Source of the DNA: Myxococcota bacterium
GTDB lineage: Bacteria > Myxococcota_A > UBA9160 > UBA6930
Direction of reading: 5' to 3'
Length of the DNA: 64,000 nucleotides
Assembly (NCBI GenBank): GCA_965223415.1
Contig: OZ245002.1
Coordinates: 160,001-224,000 of the forward strand
Below are positions 11,502 to 22,386 of this stretch, piece by piece. The number at the start of each line of letters is the position of its first letter. The stretch's first letter is position 1. Position numbers and translations under genes: made by a program. The notes beneath the pieces were generated by a model. That model worked only from the letters and a program-made list of their open reading frames with translations, was not told where the DNA came from and ran no database searches.

Positions 11502-12830
11502 CTAGCGGCCCTTGGTCAGGCGGCCGACGTCGATGTAGCGCCGGATCTTGCCCTTGCTCTTGAGCGGCGTGCCGTGGCTGCTCCAGAACTCGATCCGGTT
11601 GCCCGTGCCCGTCTGGACGTTCACGATCATGTCGCTGACCACGCGGATGTCCCGGGGCTCGGGCACCGCCTCCCAGCCCGCGTACCACCTGCCCTCCGGC
11701 TTGTCCGCGTCGCCCGGGAGGTTGTCCTCACTCCAGCGGTGGTTGTGGGTGATGATCTTCCACAGCTCGTTCTTGCGGTCGTAGGCGAAGGAGTAGAGTG
11801 GCGTGTAGGTCTGCTGGTCGATGTAGATGTCCTTGTGGTGGTACGGGTGGTCCGCGTTGTTCGGCACGAAGCGGATCTTGTAGGCCTTGCGCAGCTCCCA
11901 GCGGTCGTCCGCGTAGGAGAGCCCATAGGGACCGAAGTTGTGGTCCTCGGAGTAGGGATAGGGCTCCACCCTCGAGTTCATCGGAGCCAGGATCTCGGCT
12001 TCGCCGAGGCACTCCCACTCGTACTGGGGCACGATGCCGGAGAAGCTGCGCAGGTCGTCGAAGGTGAAGTCCGTCCCCGAGACCGCGTCGGTCCGCTGGG
12101 CCGAGGAGACCCGGCGCACGCGCCGCAGCGTCGGCACGTAGACCCAGGTGTCGTCGTTCTTGGTCTGGGCCTCCGGGTTGTCCGACTCCTTGTAGCGGTA
12201 GGTCATGAGCATGATGCCGCGGGCGTCGAAGGGCGCGTCGACCTCGACCCCGAAGGCGGTCTTGCGCTTCTCGCCCCGGAAGAGATCCCCGTTGTCCTTG
12301 TCGAGGATCTCCTTCTCGACCCGGTGCGAGAGCACGATCGTCTTCGACGTCCCGTCGTAGTAGAGCGGCAGCTCTTCGCCGCGATCCCAGTAGGAGTAGT
12401 GGTACTGGGAGTTCGCCCCGTCGCCCTCCCACTGGTAGTCGAAGTTCCAGATGATCTTCTTGCCGGCGTCCGGGTCGCCCTTGCAGTCGATCTTCTCCGG
12501 GAAGGGGCGACCAGCAGTGAAGCTGGCGAGGCTGGCCTCGGGCCCGAGCTTGGCCTGGCCCTTGTAGCGCTCGGTGGCGGCCGAATAGGCCGGGGCCTCG
12601 CTGTAGTCACGATGGAAGGGACCGATCTCGAGCTGCATCCCCTCGTAGAAGAAGAAGTCCCGGTTGGCCCAGAACTCCTCCGGAAGGAACGGCTTGAGCG
12701 ACTCCACCTTGTCGTTGGTGATGACGTCGCCTTCGGCGAAGGTGGGTGCGCCGGCCGACGTGTCCTCCTGGGCCGAGGCAACGAGAGGCAGCCCGAGGGC
12801 CGCGCACAGGACGATCAGGAAACGGGTCAT
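11502..12830 (-). CDS. DUF1329 family periplasmic protein
   Basis: ATG at 12830 with signal peptide. GRPFP, DDTWVYVPTLRRVRR, DDRWELRK and YDRKNELWK are typical of DUF1329. Confidence 0.85.
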   Translation of the reverse strand: MTRFLIVLCAALGLPLVASAQEDTSAGAPTFAEGDVITNDKVESLKPFLPEEFWANRDFFFYEGMQLEIGPFHRDYSEAPAYSAATERYKGQAKLGPEASLASFTAGRPFPEKIDCKGDPDAGKKIIWNFDYQWEGDGANSQYHYSYWDRGEELPLYYDGTSKTIVLSHRVEKEILDKDNGDLFRGEKRKTAFGVEVDAPFDARGIMLMTYRYKESDNPEAQTKNDDTWVYVPTLRRVRRVSSAQRTDAVSGTDFTFDDLRSFSGIVPQYEWECLGEAEILAPMNSRVEPYPYSEDHNFGPYGLSYADDRWELRKAYKIRFVPNNADHPYHHKDIYIDQQTYTPLYSFAYDRKNELWKIITHNHRWSEDNLPGDADKPEGRWYAGWEAVPEPRDIRVVSDMIVNVQTGTGNRIEFWSSHGTPLKSKGKIRRYIDVGRLTKGR

Positions 12831-12882
12831 GTGAGTCCCCCTTTGGTGGACGGAGGGGCAGCGGGCACCTCCGCCCGGGTTC

Positions 12883-12891
12883 AACCTACCA
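12883..12891 (-). promoter_or_regulatory. Candidate extended -10 element (TGGTAGGTT) for the DUF1329 gene
   Basis: TGnTAnnnT match about 53 nt upstream of the ATG. Confidence 0.4.
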
Positions 12892-12945
12892 GAGGGACCC
12901 CTCGCGTGGTGGATCCGTTTCGCGGCCACTAGCGTCCTGCGCGAC

Positions 12946-14253
12946 ATGCAGCGGCCCGACCAGCTCCCCCACCCGACGCTCGGCGAGCGCATCGCCGCAG
13001 GGCTCGGGCAGCTGGCGCGTGTGACGGGCCTCACGGCCCTTGCCGGATGGCTGCGCCTGGCCGGGAAGGCGCGTGCGGGTGCGATCCCCGCCGCGCTTCC
13101 GTCGCTCCTCGGCCGGCTGAAGGGTCCCTTTGCAAAAGTGGGCCAGCTCGCCGCAGTGCGGGTCGATGCCCTCGACCCGGCCACACGGGAAGCGCTCGTC
13201 TCCCTGCGTGACGAGGTTCCCGCTGTACCGTTCTGGCGCATCCGCCGGGTGATCGAACGTGAGCTCGGCGCTCCCCTGGCCCGCCACTTTGCCGCCGTCG
13301 ACCCGGAGCCGGTGGGCGCCGCCTCCATCGCCCAGGTGCATCGGGCACGGCTACTGAACGGCCGGACGGTCGTGATCAAGGTGCAGTATCCCTGGCTGGC
13401 CCGTTCGGTCGGCGTGGACCTGGCGATCCTCCGGCACGTCCTGGGGCGTGTGGCGCCGTCCGATCGGGCCGGCGCCGCCTTCGCCGAGTTCGCCCGCGGC
13501 TACCGCAAGGAGCTCGATTTCACCCGCGAAGCCGCCATGGCGGCGGAGATCGCCGCCAACCTCTCGGCCGACGTCAGGCTCCTGGTCCCCGAGGTGCTGG
13601 CGCCGCTCTCCACCCGGCGGGTTCTGACCATGCTCGAGGTACCCGCCCTCTCCCTCCAGGACCCGGCGGCCCTGGCCGCTCGCGGCATCCCCATGGCCCC
13701 GGTCCTGGAGACGATCGTCGCCGCCTACGCCAAGCAGATGTTCGTCGACGGCCTCTTCCACGCGGATCCCCATCCGGGCAACCTCTTGGTGGTCGACGAG
13801 CCCGAGGCGACCCAGCACCCCCGCGTCCTGTTCGTCGACTTCGGGCTCTCGGAGCGCCTCGACCCCACCCTCCGCCGCGAGGTGCGACAGGGCATCTACG
13901 CCCTCCTCCAGAACGACCTCGAGGGTTTCCTCGCCGGCATGGAGCGCATGGAGATGATCGCGCCCGGCGGCCGGCCCGCCGTCCAGGCGGCCGTCGCCTC
14001 GATGTTCGAGCGGATTCGCGGCGAAGAGGGCGGACCCACCGCGATGAGCAGCGACCGGGTCCTCGCCCTGAAGGACGAGGCGAGCGCGCTCCTGTTCGAG
14101 ACGCCGGGGCTCACGCTCCCGGTTCCTCTTCTCCTGTTCGCGAAGACGCTTTCCTATGTGTTCGCACTGGGGCGGGAGGTGGCGCCGGACGTCGACCTGA
14201 TGCGGCTCACCGTGCCCTTCTTGCTGCGCTTCCTGGCCGAGAAGGAGGAGTAG
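12946..14253 (+). CDS. ABC1/AarF/UbiB family atypical kinase
   Basis: KVGQ, AASIAQVH, VIKVQYP, ELDF, FHADPHPGN and DFG motifs. Confidence 0.9.
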   Translation: MQRPDQLPHPTLGERIAAGLGQLARVTGLTALAGWLRLAGKARAGAIPAALPSLLGRLKGPFAKVGQLAAVRVDALDPATREALVSLRDEVPAVPFWRIRRVIERELGAPLARHFAAVDPEPVGAASIAQVHRARLLNGRTVVIKVQYPWLARSVGVDLAILRHVLGRVAPSDRAGAAFAEFARGYRKELDFTREAAMAAEIAANLSADVRLLVPEVLAPLSTRRVLTMLEVPALSLQDPAALAARGIPMAPVLETIVAAYAKQMFVDGLFHADPHPGNLLVVDEPEATQHPRVLFVDFGLSERLDPTLRREVRQGIYALLQNDLEGFLAGMERMEMIAPGGRPAVQAAVASMFERIRGEEGGPTAMSSDRVLALKDEASALLFETPGLTLPVPLLLFAKTLSYVFALGREVAPDVDLMRLTVPFLLRFLAEKEE

Positions 14254-14267
14254 AGGCGGCCGGCGCC

Positions 14268-15476
<1,209 letters not shown>

Positions 15477-15599
15477 GGTCGTTCTCCTCGGGCCGCGGAG
15501 ACACCCGCTTGGGTCGGGTCCTCCGGTGGCAAACCGTCGGAGTCTAACGGAGGCCCGCGGGGCCGGTCACCGTCCCCGTTCCGGGAGACGGGGCGCGGA

Positions 15600-16553
15600 T
15601 CAGTGTCCCCGGTCGGGGACGCGCAGCACCGTGGTGCGGCCGAGGCGCGGGTGGACGTAGCCGTGGACCTGCGCACCGAGGGCGACCAGGCGATCCGCGA
15701 GGCCGCCCTCCTCCTCGAAGGGCGTATCGAAGCTCCCCTCCCGGGCCGTCTCGCACAGCGACACCACCAACGGGCTGGCGTCGGCCTCGTCCAGCCGGCG
15801 AACGCCGAGGGTGATCCGGGCGGGGGCGGCAGCCGTCGCGAGGCGGGCCTCGACCATTCCGCGCAGTGCGGCTTCGAGGCCGGGACCGTCCCCCCCGAAG
15901 CCCGCCAGGGTGGTAGGGGCAAGGAGCTGGAGCTGCGTGCCGCACGCCCCGGCGCGCTCCGCCACCGCGTCGGCCACCTGCCGGACGACCTGGGCGGGAT
16001 CGAAGGGCTCGCTCCGCATCTCGGGCTGCTTGCCCGCCAGGACCGTGGAGATCTCGTCGAGGCTCTTGCGCAGGCGCTCGATGCCGCGCAACGCCTCCTC
16101 CAGCCGGGCGCGGTGACCGGGGTTGCGGCGGCCGCCGGTCTCCTCCAGGAGCATCTCGAGGCACCCCGCCAGCTCGTCGATCGGGCGGTCGAGCTCGCGG
16201 CGCGCGCGCATCAGCTGCTCGCCGCCGGGCTGCTCCTCGGTGAGCAGCACGACGACGCCGACCTGCTCGCCCTGGCTCGCGATGGGTGAGACCACCGCGC
16301 ACCAGCCGACGCCGACTGCGTCCCGGATGCGGCAGCGGACGCTGGCGCCCTCCGCGCAGACGGAGGCAACGGCGCGCAGCATGGCCTCGCGGGCGCCGCC
16401 CTCGAACAGCTCGGCCAGGGGCGTCCCCAGCACGAGCTCCCCGTCGACGCCGAAGCAGCGTTCGAAAGCCGGGTTGAGATGGACGGCGTTGGCGTCCGGA
16501 TCGCCGACCAGGACCGGCGAATCCATGTGGTCGATGAGCGCTGCGTCACTCAA
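15600..16553 (-). CDS. PAS domain protein with a degenerate histidine-kinase-like C-terminus
   Basis: TTG start overlaps the upstream stop (TTGA). PAS: LNPAFERCFG..LGTPLAELF. HisKA-like helix RRELDRPIDEL has no His; no clear N or G boxes. Confidence 0.72.
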   Translation of the reverse strand: MSDAALIDHMDSPVLVGDPDANAVHLNPAFERCFGVDGELVLGTPLAELFEGGAREAMLRAVASVCAEGASVRCRIRDAVGVGWCAVVSPIASQGEQVGVVVLLTEEQPGGEQLMRARRELDRPIDELAGCLEMLLEETGGRRNPGHRARLEEALRGIERLRKSLDEISTVLAGKQPEMRSEPFDPAQVVRQVADAVAERAGACGTQLQLLAPTTLAGFGGDGPGLEAALRGMVEARLATAAAPARITLGVRRLDEADASPLVVSLCETAREGSFDTPFEEEGGLADRLVALGAQVHGYVHPRLGRTTVLRVPDRGH

Positions 16554-17176
16554 TCCCGGACTCCGACGATGCCGGACTCGAGCAGGCGTCCGAGGGTGTG
16601 ATAGGTCTCGAAGGGGTCCATCCCGCTCACCGCCACCAGGTCCTCGACCGGCGTCTGGCCGTCGATGCGGGAGATCAGGAAGCCCGCGCCGGGGGGCAGG
16701 TTGAACTTCATGAGCTCCTCGCCGGCCACCTCGACGATCGGGACGGAGGAGACCGAGCCGACGCGCATGATCACGTCGTCCACCAGGTGGGTGCGCAGCA
16801 GCTCGATCAACGCCAGGCTCTCGAGCTCGCTGGCGACGTCCATCGAGGTCGTCGTGAGGAGCTGGTAGGCGTCGTCCACGAGACCACCCGAGAGGAGCTC
16901 CAGGGCTTCCTCGCGCAGCTCCTCGGCGTCGAGCTCGGCGGGCGGCTGGCAGCCCGGCCCGGCGGCGTCGGAATCGGGCCCGTCGTCCTGCACCGCCAGG
17001 GCGGGCGTGGGCGACTCGCCCATCTGGGCGAGGTAGTCCAGGGCCGCCTCGTGATTGGGCGCGATGGCCAACACCTGCAGCCAGCACTCGACCGCCTGGT
17101 TCCGCTCGCCCGCGGCCATGTGATCCAGGCCCTGGGCCAGCAACCGGGACACGGACCTGGGAGCGCCGTCGCTCAT
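16550..17176 (-). CDS. Hypothetical protein: N-terminal TPR, C-terminal winged-helix-like domain
   Basis: AVECWLQVLAIAPNHEAA is TPR-like. C-terminus GFLISRIDGQTPVEDL..SGM..TLGRLLESGIV. AAGGAG RBS. Confidence 0.75.
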   Translation of the reverse strand: MSDGAPRSVSRLLAQGLDHMAAGERNQAVECWLQVLAIAPNHEAALDYLAQMGESPTPALAVQDDGPDSDAAGPGCQPPAELDAEELREEALELLSGGLVDDAYQLLTTTSMDVASELESLALIELLRTHLVDDVIMRVGSVSSVPIVEVAGEELMKFNLPPGAGFLISRIDGQTPVEDLVAVSGMDPFETYHTLGRLLESGIVGVRD

Positions 17177-17178
17177 TC

Positions 17179-18780
17179 CTACTCCTTGACGCCGATCTGC
17201 GTCGACCCGATCTCCTTCAACTGGACCTCGTAGAGCTCCTGCTCCTCGATGATCTGCTGGATCTCGTCGTCGGAGAGGGTCCCGGTGGCGTTCACCGTGA
17301 TCGACTGCTCCTTGCCGGTCATCGTGTCGCGCGCCGAGACGCTGACGATGCCGTTCGCATCGATGTCGAAGGAGACGTCGATCTCCGGCTCGCCCTTGCG
17401 GGCCGGCCGGATCCCGCCGAGCACGAACTCGCCCAGGAGATCGTTCTCGGCCGCCGTCTCGCTCTCACCCTGGAGGACGCGGATCTTCACCGCCGACTGG
17501 TTGTCGCGGGTCGTCGTGAAGATGTGGCTCTTGCAGACCGGCACCGTGGTGTTGCGCTCGATCAGCCGCGCGAAGTGTCCGCCGAAGGTGGCGATGCCCA
17601 GGGAGAGCGGCGTCACGTCGAGCAGAAGCAGGTTGTCGTCCTCGGACACCAGCGTCTCGCCCTGGATGGCCGCGCCGATGGCGACCACCTCGTCCGGGTT
17701 CACGCCCTTGTGGGGGCGCTTGCCGAAGTACTCGGCGACCCGGTTCTGGACCAGGGGCGCGCGGGTCTGGCCACCGACCAGGATGACCTGGTCGATCTGG
17801 TCCCGCGTGACGGCCGCGTCCTGCATGCACTGCTCGACGGTCTTGAGCGTGCCCTCGACGATGTCGGCCACCAGGCCCTCGAGGGTCTCCCGATCGAGCT
17901 CCACCGAGAGGTGGCGCGGGCCCGAGTCATCGCTGGCGATGAAGGGCAGGTTGATCTCGGCGCCCTCCCGGGAGGAGAGATCGCACTTCGCCTTCTCGGC
18001 CGCGTCCTTCAGCCGCTGCAGCGCCATGGCGTCGCCGCGCAGGTCGATGCCCTCCTGCTCCTGGAAGCGCTGGAGAAGGTGGTCGACGATGCGCCGGTCG
18101 AAGTCCTCGCCGCCGAGGAAGGTGTTGCCGGCGGTGGCGATCACCTCGACCACGCCGTCGCTCATCTCGAGGATCGAGATGTCGAAGGTGCCGCCGCCCA
18201 GGTCGTAGATGGCGACCTTCTCCTCCTCGTTGCGGTTGAAACCGTAGGCCAGCGCCGCCGCGGTGGGCTCGTTCAGGATGCGCAGCACGTCCAGGCCGGC
18301 GATCTTGCCCGCGTCCTTCGTGCACTGGCGCTGGGCGTCGTTGAAGTAGGCGGGGACCGTGATCACCGCTTCCTGGACGGGCTCGCCCAGGTACTCCTCC
18401 GCGACCCGCTTCATCTCGCGCAGGATGAAGGCCGAGAGCTCCGGACAGGTGAAGGTCTTGCCGGAGACCTCGACCCGCACGTCCTCGTTCGGCCCCTCGA
18501 CGATGGCGTAAGGCGTGACGTCGATCGCCCGCTGCACTTCGTCCGAGTCGAAGCGGCGACCGATCAGCCGCTTCGCGGCGTAGACCGTGCTTGGCGCGTT
18601 GGTGATCGCCTGGCGCTTGGCCAGGTGCCCGACGAGACGCTTGCCGTCCTGGGTGATCGCGAACATCGACGGCGTTGTCTTGTAGCCGCCGGCGTTGGGG
18701 ATCACGCTGGGCTGCCCGTTCTCCAGCACCGCGACGCAGGAGTTGGTCGTTCCCAGATCGATTCCGATGACATGACCCAT
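17179..18780 (-). CDS. Hsp70/DnaK paralog lacking most of the helical lid
   Basis: [31 protein letters not shown], linker [12 protein letters not shown] and a complete SBD-beta. Ends about 30 aa after LSDDEI; 533 aa. Confidence 0.93.
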   Translation of the reverse strand: MGHVIGIDLGTTNSCVAVLENGQPSVIPNAGGYKTTPSMFAITQDGKRLVGHLAKRQAITNAPSTVYAAKRLIGRRFDSDEVQRAIDVTPYAIVEGPNEDVRVEVSGKTFTCPELSAFILREMKRVAEEYLGEPVQEAVITVPAYFNDAQRQCTKDAGKIAGLDVLRILNEPTAAALAYGFNRNEEEKVAIYDLGGGTFDISILEMSDGVVEVIATAGNTFLGGEDFDRRIVDHLLQRFQEQEGIDLRGDAMALQRLKDAAEKAKCDLSSREGAEINLPFIASDDSGPRHLSVELDRETLEGLVADIVEGTLKTVEQCMQDAAVTRDQIDQVILVGGQTRAPLVQNRVAEYFGKRPHKGVNPDEVVAIGAAIQGETLVSEDDNLLLLDVTPLSLGIATFGGHFARLIERNTTVPVCKSHIFTTTRDNQSAVKIRVLQGESETAAENDLLGEFVLGGIRPARKGEPEIDVSFDIDANGIVSVSARDTMTGKEQSITVNATGTLSDDEIQQIIEEQELYEVQLKEIGSTQIGVKE

Positions 18781-18804
18781 GGGTCCCCTCCAGAAGCGAA
18801 CGCG

Positions 18805-19794
18805 TCAGAGCGTCCGCAATTCCGCTTTCGCTTCCTTGTCGTTGGGATCGAGACGGACAGCCGTCTCCAGCTCACGTTTGGCGTTGGCCGTGAGATCGGC
18901 CGCTTTGTAGATCTGCCCGAGCACCCGGTGGTACTCGCCGCTCTCCGGCTCCAGCTCGCAAGCAGAGGAAGCCAGCTCCTTCGCCTTGCGCAGGTCTCCG
19001 ATCGCCTGCCAGGCGATCTTGGCCGCCCGGAAGGCCAGCTCGGCGTCGAATGGGCGGAAGTGGCACGCCTCCTCGAGCGCCTCGAAGGCCTCCTTGTAGT
19101 CGCGGAGGTCGAGGGCGGCGTCCGCCGTGCGCGTCAGGTGCTTGGCCCGCTCTTCGTGGGCCTTGCGCTGCACCTTCACGAACTCCTCGCGGTAGACCTC
19201 GTTGGAGGGGTCGAAGGCCATGGCGAGGCGCACCGAGCCCGCCGCCTCGAGCCACCGCTCGCTGCGGAAGGCGCTCATGCCGGACTCGAAGAAGGTCTTG
19301 GCCTTCTGCTTGCGCTCCTGCTTGACCTTGTGGTGGCCGTGGAGGCCGGACATGCGCCGCCGCAGCCGGCGCGCGGCCTCGGTGCTCGACATGCGCGGCT
19401 TGGCGGGCTCGGCGGAATCGGCGGGGGGCCCGGCGGACGGCACTCCCGACGGCTTCGGCGCCGCCTTCGCGCGGGCCTTCTCGCCCCGCTGCACCTCCGC
19501 ACGGGTGGCCGGATCCGACAGCAGCTCGTAGGCCTCGAGCAGCTTCTTGAAGCAGGTCTCCACCAGGGGCTCGAAGTCGCCCAGGTTCTTGCGGAAGTAG
19601 CGATCCGGGTGGAAGCGCTTGGACTTCTGGAAGTAGGCCTTCTTGATCGCGCGGTCGTCCGCGTCGACGGCCACGCCCAGGAGCTCGTGGTACGGGCGAT
19701 CGAGGCCGTTCGCGAACTCGATCAGCTCTTCCTGGACCTTGGGGTCCAGATCGAGCGACGAATCCACCTCGACGTCGAACGAGCCGGTCTTCAT
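18805..19794 (-). CDS. J-domain co-chaperone with C-terminal TPR repeats
   Basis: YHELLGV..IKKAYFQKSKRFHPDRY..EAYELLSD is a J-domain with intact HPD. TPR helices follow. ATG at 19794. Confidence 0.9.
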   Translation of the reverse strand: MKTGSFDVEVDSSLDLDPKVQEELIEFANGLDRPYHELLGVAVDADDRAIKKAYFQKSKRFHPDRYFRKNLGDFEPLVETCFKKLLEAYELLSDPATRAEVQRGEKARAKAAPKPSGVPSAGPPADSAEPAKPRMSSTEAARRLRRRMSGLHGHHKVKQERKQKAKTFFESGMSAFRSERWLEAAGSVRLAMAFDPSNEVYREEFVKVQRKAHEERAKHLTRTADAALDLRDYKEAFEALEEACHFRPFDAELAFRAAKIAWQAIGDLRKAKELASSACELEPESGEYHRVLGQIYKAADLTANAKRELETAVRLDPNDKEAKAELRTL

Positions 19795-20041
19795 GAGCTC
19801 GCGACGCGGTGCCTGGACGCCACCCGAAGACAAACCTGTTTCCCCCGATCCCCATCGATCCGGCCTGGCGTCCCCACGCCGACCGGTCCGTCCCCTGGGA
19901 GACGGCCACAGGTTCCATCGGCGGGGCATGGGGGGAAGCTGAGGGGTTCCTCGGGGAACCCGAGCGATTCCCTGGGCCTCGGCGGCGAGCTACCCGTCGC
20001 AGGGACATCCCCGAGGGGCCCCCATCGGGTCGGCGAGGCCC

Positions 20042-20896
20042 CTAGCGGGTCAGCAGGGTGCCGACTCCCCCGTCCGTGAAGACCTCGAGCAGGATCGCGT
20101 GCAGCACCCGGCCGTCGATGATGTGGGTGCGAGCCACCCCTCCCCGCAGGGCACGGAGGCAGCACTCGACCTTCGGGATCATGCCGCCCTGGATGGTGCC
20201 CTCGTCCATGTGCTTCTGGACCTCGGTCTCGGTGAGCTGGTGGATCAGCTGCTCCTGGGCGTCCAGCACGCCGTCGACGTCGGTGAGCAGGATCAGCTTC
20301 TCGGCGTGGAGGGCCTCGGCGATGGCGCCGGCGGCTTCGTCGGCGTTGACGTTGTGGGTCAGGCCCTCGTCGTCGGCCCCGATCGGCGCGATCACGGGGA
20401 CGTAGCCGGCCTCGGCCACCGCTCGGATCGGGTCCGGGTCCACGGCGATCACCTCGCCCACCCGACCGAGGTCGACGCCCTCCTGGCGCTTGCGTCGGAC
20501 CCGCAGGATGCCGGCGTCGGTTCCGGTGAGGCCGATGGCGCGGCCGCCGCCCCGGCCGATCAGGGCCACGATCTCCCGATTCACCCGGCCGCCGAGGACC
20601 ATCTCGACCACCTCCATGGTGGCGTCGTCGGTGACCCGCAGGCCCTGCTCGAAGCGGGTGGGGATGTCGAGGCGCTCGAGGGTGGCGCCGATCTGCGGGC
20701 CGCCGCCGTGGACCAGCACGGGCTTCACGCCGATGTACTTGAGCAGCACCACGTCGACGGCGAAGGAGGCACGCAGCTCCTCGTCGGTCATGGCCGCGCC
20801 GCCGTACTTGATCACGACGGTCTTGTCCCGGAAGCGCCGGATGTAGGGCAGCGCCTCGATCAGAACCTCGGCCTTGTCGATCAGGGCCTGGACCAC
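20042..20896 (-). CDS. argB: Acetylglutamate kinase
   Basis: VIKYGGAAM, VHGGGPQI, NVNADEAA, GGMIPK. Confidence 0.96.
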   Translation of the reverse strand: MVQALIDKAEVLIEALPYIRRFRDKTVVIKYGGAAMTDEELRASFAVDVVLLKYIGVKPVLVHGGGPQIGATLERLDIPTRFEQGLRVTDDATMEVVEMVLGGRVNREIVALIGRGGGRAIGLTGTDAGILRVRRKRQEGVDLGRVGEVIAVDPDPIRAVAEAGYVPVIAPIGADDEGLTHNVNADEAAGAIAEALHAEKLILLTDVDGVLDAQEQLIHQLTETEVQKHMDEGTIQGGMIPKVECCLRALRGGVARTHIIDGRVLHAILLEVFTDGGVGTLLTR

Positions 20897-20897
20897 G

Positions 20898-22373
20898 TCA
20901 GCTCCCTGCGCCGCCGGCCTGGGCTTCCCGCCGGGCGACGGCGACCTCTTCGATCGTCTCGAGGAGCGAACGGTACAGGAGCACGTTGCGCACGGCCGCG
21001 GAAAGGCAGGCGGTCAGCACCTCGCCCACCTCCGGTGTGGCGTCCTCCGCCCGCTCCGGGAAGACCCGGTAGACGCCGAGGGACTTACCCCGGAAGCGCA
21101 GGGGGCCGCACAGGAGGGGTCGGACGTCGCCGCTCTCGGGCGTATCGACCTCGGGCTCGAAGCGCGGATCCACCGCCGGATCCGGCGATGCGACGGGACG
21201 CCCGGAGTCGAGGGCGGCCCCCGTGAGCCCCCGGGATGCGTCCAGGCGCGGCCGATCCGAAGCGACGCCGCCGTCCCACTGGGCCTCGCGCTGCAGCGTG
21301 CCGCCCTCGGGCAGCGCCAGGAAGAGCGAGACCGGGGCCGCGGCCAGGAGCTCTCCGACCGGGCGCAAGGCCGCTTCGAGGATGCGGCCGGGCTCGACCT
21401 CGGCGGTGAGAGCCTCGTTGATCCGCTGGGCCAGGGCCACCTGGCGCAGGGCCTCCGGAGGCGCATCGCCCGCCGGCCGGTCGGCGGCGGCCCGTTCCGG
21501 AGCCGCCTCGGCTCCGGGGGCGAGGGCGGCGGCGGCCCGGTCGGCGAGGATGCGGAGGATCGGCGCCGCGGCTTCGTCGAAGCCGGGGCCCGCCACCGGG
21601 TCGGCGACGCACAGGAGCCCGGCCAGCCCGTCTCCACTCTCCACCGGCGCGACGGCGAAGGCGCCGGTCCTGTAGCGCTCCGGGCGCGCCCAGGCCGCGA
21701 AGCGCTCGTCGGCGGCCAGGTCGTCCACGAGGGCGCTCTCGCTGCGCTCGGCCAGCCAGCCGGCGATCCCCTCGCCCAGGGCGATGGGCTCCATCTCTGA
21801 GAGCGGCGCCTTCGCACCGACGGCGGCGACCACGCGAAGGTCCGAGCCCGCCGGATCGCGCGCGAGGAGGGAGGCGCGATCGGCACCCAACACCTCGGCC
21901 GCCGCCGCCGCGATCGCCTCGGGCGTCGGGGCGCCGCCCAGCCCGGCGAGGCATTGCTGCAGCCGCTCGACCTGCTCCCCCAGCCAGGCGCGGGCGACGG
22001 ACAGGTCGAAGGTCTCGGCGGCCCGACGCACGGCGAGCAGCAGCTCTTCTTCGTGGATCGGCTTCGCCAGGTAGTCGCAGGCGCCCAGGCGCAGCGCTTC
22101 GAGCACGTACTCCTGATCGGTGTGGGCGGAGAGGATGATCACTCGGAGGTCCGGCCGGAGCTCACGGAGGCGGCGGAACACCTCGATGCCGTGAAGGTCC
22201 GGGAGCTGCAGATCGAGGATGCAGACGCCCAGCGTCGCGTCGGCAGCCTCCTCCAGGGCCGAGCCGCCGTCGCCCACCGAGACCAGATCGAAGCCCTCGG
22301 CGTCGAGCACGTCGCGGATCGCCTCGCGGAAGAACCGCTCGTCGTCCACCACCAGTACGCGGGTCTGGCTCAC
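20898..22373 (-). CDS. Response regulator with two GAF-like domains and no obvious output domain
   Basis: REC (VVDDE, ILDLQLP, YLAKP). Two GAF-like segments (GEGIAGW..DERF; GLTGAAL..DPRF..PLRFRG). Confidence 0.82.
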   Translation of the reverse strand: MSQTRVLVVDDERFFREAIRDVLDAEGFDLVSVGDGGSALEEAADATLGVCILDLQLPDLHGIEVFRRLRELRPDLRVIILSAHTDQEYVLEALRLGACDYLAKPIHEEELLLAVRRAAETFDLSVARAWLGEQVERLQQCLAGLGGAPTPEAIAAAAAEVLGADRASLLARDPAGSDLRVVAAVGAKAPLSEMEPIALGEGIAGWLAERSESALVDDLAADERFAAWARPERYRTGAFAVAPVESGDGLAGLLCVADPVAGPGFDEAAAPILRILADRAAAALAPGAEAAPERAAADRPAGDAPPEALRQVALAQRINEALTAEVEPGRILEAALRPVGELLAAAPVSLFLALPEGGTLQREAQWDGGVASDRPRLDASRGLTGAALDSGRPVASPDPAVDPRFEPEVDTPESGDVRPLLCGPLRFRGKSLGVYRVFPERAEDATPEVGEVLTACLSAAVRNVLLYRSLLETIEEVAVARREAQAGGAGS

Positions 22374-22386
22374 CGATCGCCCCCCT

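Noticed and set aside
16550..17176. Split-off Hsp70 lid from a frameshift
   Set aside because: The gene has its own RBS and a TPR plus winged-helix-like sequence, with no resemblance to DnaK lid helices.
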